Shown here piece by piece: positions 38,085 through 39,398 of a stretch of 39,398 nt of DNA. The DNA comes from a virus. The notes under the pieces are model-generated. The model had not been told where the DNA came from. It did not search any database and saw only the letters and a list, made by a program, of their open reading frames with translations. The stretch is taken from UHGV virus genome UHGV-0204463. One strand, written 5' to 3'. The position numbers were made by a program, and so were the translations under genes. Within the stretch, counting starts at the first letter, position 1, and each line of letters opens with the position of its first letter.

Positions 38085-38512
38085 ACTCACTGCAAGACAG
38101 CAACTCCTTTTTGCTTCATGTAACACTTCCAGTTATTTCAAAACATAATCTGCTGTCTGGCCACTAGATATTTTATCTGGTGGTTTTTCATGCGAAAACA
38201 ATCCAAATATCCGACAAAACTTGACAGCTGTGTTACACTTGTTTTAGGTAGCACTCTTTCATAATAGCTAAAGTTCATAAACTACAAATGACACGAGATT
38301 TTCACTAACGCTACCTAGCCACTAGATCCCATTTCTAGTGGTTTTTTATATAAAAATAAGTTTTGGTGTGAATAAGCACTCTTTTATTCTCTATTCTTAT
38401 TTGATATAATTCTTTTAGGTAGCAACTCCTTTTTGTAAATAGCAACCAACTAATTTTTCACGAATGCTACCTAGCCACTAGAACCCATAGTCTAGTGGTT
38501 TTTTTATGTACG
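38085..38512 (+). ncRNA. three tandem sRNA-like cassettes, each a long-range stem enclosing about 55 nt followed by CCACTAGA...TCTAGTGG hairpin and U-run
   Basis: terminator hairpins at about 38160-38190, 38308-38340 and 38475-38505; enclosing stems AGACAGCA/TGCTGTCT, AGGTAGC/GCTACCT, AGGTAGC/GCTACCT show compensatory change; unit 3 preceded by TTTGATATAAT extended -10. Confidence 0.4.
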
Positions 38513-38525
38513 AAAAAAAGACCAC

Positions 38526-38618
38526 TCATTTACGTTGAGTAGCCTGCTTTAATTCTTTTTTCAAACGATTTAGTTTTTTTGCATCTTCTTGCTTAATGAT
38601 TTCAAATAACTTAAACAT
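38526..38618 (-). CDS. 30-aa charged small ORF with RBS GGAGGT and terminator
   Basis: MFKLFEIIKQEDAKKLNRLKKELKQATQRK; below ORF-track cutoff. Confidence 0.25.
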   Translation of the reverse strand: MFKLFEIIKQEDAKKLNRLKKELKQATQRK

Positions 38619-38723
38619 AACAATACCTCCAAACAAAAAGAGGCACTTTTAAGCTAGTGCCTCACGTGAATGTAGCAGAAACATCTATTGACGATTCTTT
38701 TATTTAAGTAGCAAAGCTACCTA

Positions 38724-38794
38724 TTGGCGTGGCAGGAATCGAACCTGCCTCTTATCTCACAATATGCTCGTTGCATCCCAGATGCTACACGCCA
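38724..38794 (-). other. tRNA-like element: perfect 7-bp acceptor stem and GCAGG-TTCGATT-CCTGC T-arm, but no foldable anticodon arm
   Basis: minus strand TGGCGTG...GCAGGTTCGATTCCTGCCACGCCA-A; could be att core or remnant. Confidence 0.35.
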
Positions 38795-39398
38795 ACCGAA
38801 AGGATTTTCCCACTATGCCATTTTTGAGATTGTCTACCGTAATCTCAATATCGCTGGCAAGGATTTGCACCTTGCATGAATAATCTTTACCGTTTATCTC
38901 CCTTTAGATTTACATCGGATATCACCGAATAATGTTTAAAGCCTCCGCACCAAATGATCACAAGATTATATATTTTATGGAGTATAGGAGGTTCTCTCAA
39001 ACCGCATTACTCAGCTGTTTACAGGCTCTTGTGATTGTCCTCTTATACTCTTACAGACTAACGCCTATATAAACACCGAACACCAAAGCCGATTATTCTA
39101 CGTAGTAACGTCTACCTATTCCGCCACAGCAATGATTAAAAACTCAAAAATCAACAGATTTAGGCTTTTCTTCCTGCTTCCTTTGTTTACAGTGTTATTC
39201 AGTCACATACCCAAAGAGGCTGAACTATCGGGCGCTACCCAATAGCTTCTCTTTGCTTTTTCTGTATGATCTAGCTCTACTGGCTAATAACTTTCACTTG
39301 AACATTCAGCATTTACATAAGAGTCCCATTTTTATTATTTGTCATCTGTAAATAAATTGCTGCATTAAGCTACTCGTACCGACTTCTTTCGTTAAACA

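Noticed and set aside
38085-38512. Possible CRISPR array
   Set aside because: Repeat units are about 110-160 bp and degenerate, with no 25-40 bp repeat/spacer periodicity. Each unit contains a terminator, so they are more consistent with sRNA/terminator cassettes.
38724-38794. Canonical tRNA gene
   Set aside because: Acceptor and T arms are perfect, but the D-arm is short and no anticodon stem can be formed (almost no C residues in the central 24 nt). It is kept only as a tRNA-like or att-type element.
38830-39398. rRNA or tmRNA in the ORF-free right end
   Set aside because: No 16S/23S hallmark strings and no tmRNA 5' GGGGNCG / tag-ORF pattern were recognised. A Leu-tRNA-like D-arm string (GGCGGAATAGGTAGACG, minus strand near 39105) does not extend into a foldable tRNA.

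Overview
The window is AT-rich (about 35% GC by eye), low-GC Firmicute-type DNA, and almost all of it is a temperate siphovirus-like phage or prophage. All calls below rest on motifs read from the ORF-track translations; no database search was run.

The left third (717-12246) holds an early/lysogeny module on the minus strand: an ArpU-type late activator, RusA, a MazG-like protein, a DnaD-type replisome organizer, RecT, a YqaJ exonuclease and a Rha/ORF6C antirepressor. It ends at a divergent Cro / cI-like switch, followed on the plus strand by an ImmA-like metallopeptidase, two lipoproteins and a tyrosine integrase.

The centre (12.25-16.1 kb) is an att-like accessory interval. It carries a ferrochelatase (hemH), three tRNA-Met-derived sequences, a CspA cold-shock gene, small membrane peptides and paired terminator hairpins.

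The right half (16151-38074, all minus strand) is a complete lysis, baseplate/tail, head and packaging module. It runs from a signal-peptide GH25/LysM endolysin and holins, through BppU-like and collagen-like fibre proteins, a tail lysin (lysozyme plus CHAP), Dit, the tape-measure protein, a frameshifted tail chaperone, the major tail protein, head-tail connectors, major capsid and scaffold, an Mu-F-like minor head protein and portal, to TerL and TerS.

Both window ends (1-716 and 38075-39398) lack ORFs. They contain structured repeats, sRNA-like cassettes and a tRNA-like element. The module order is a circular permutation of the canonical temperate-phage map: ArpU sits at the left edge and terS at the right edge. 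The window may therefore be a whole phage genome of about 39.4 kb opened between the late activator and terS, or two abutting complementary prophage parts.

The most unusual content is the host-like cargo in the lysin-to-integrase slot (hemH, csp, tRNA-derived sequences) and several conserved-structure non-coding elements.
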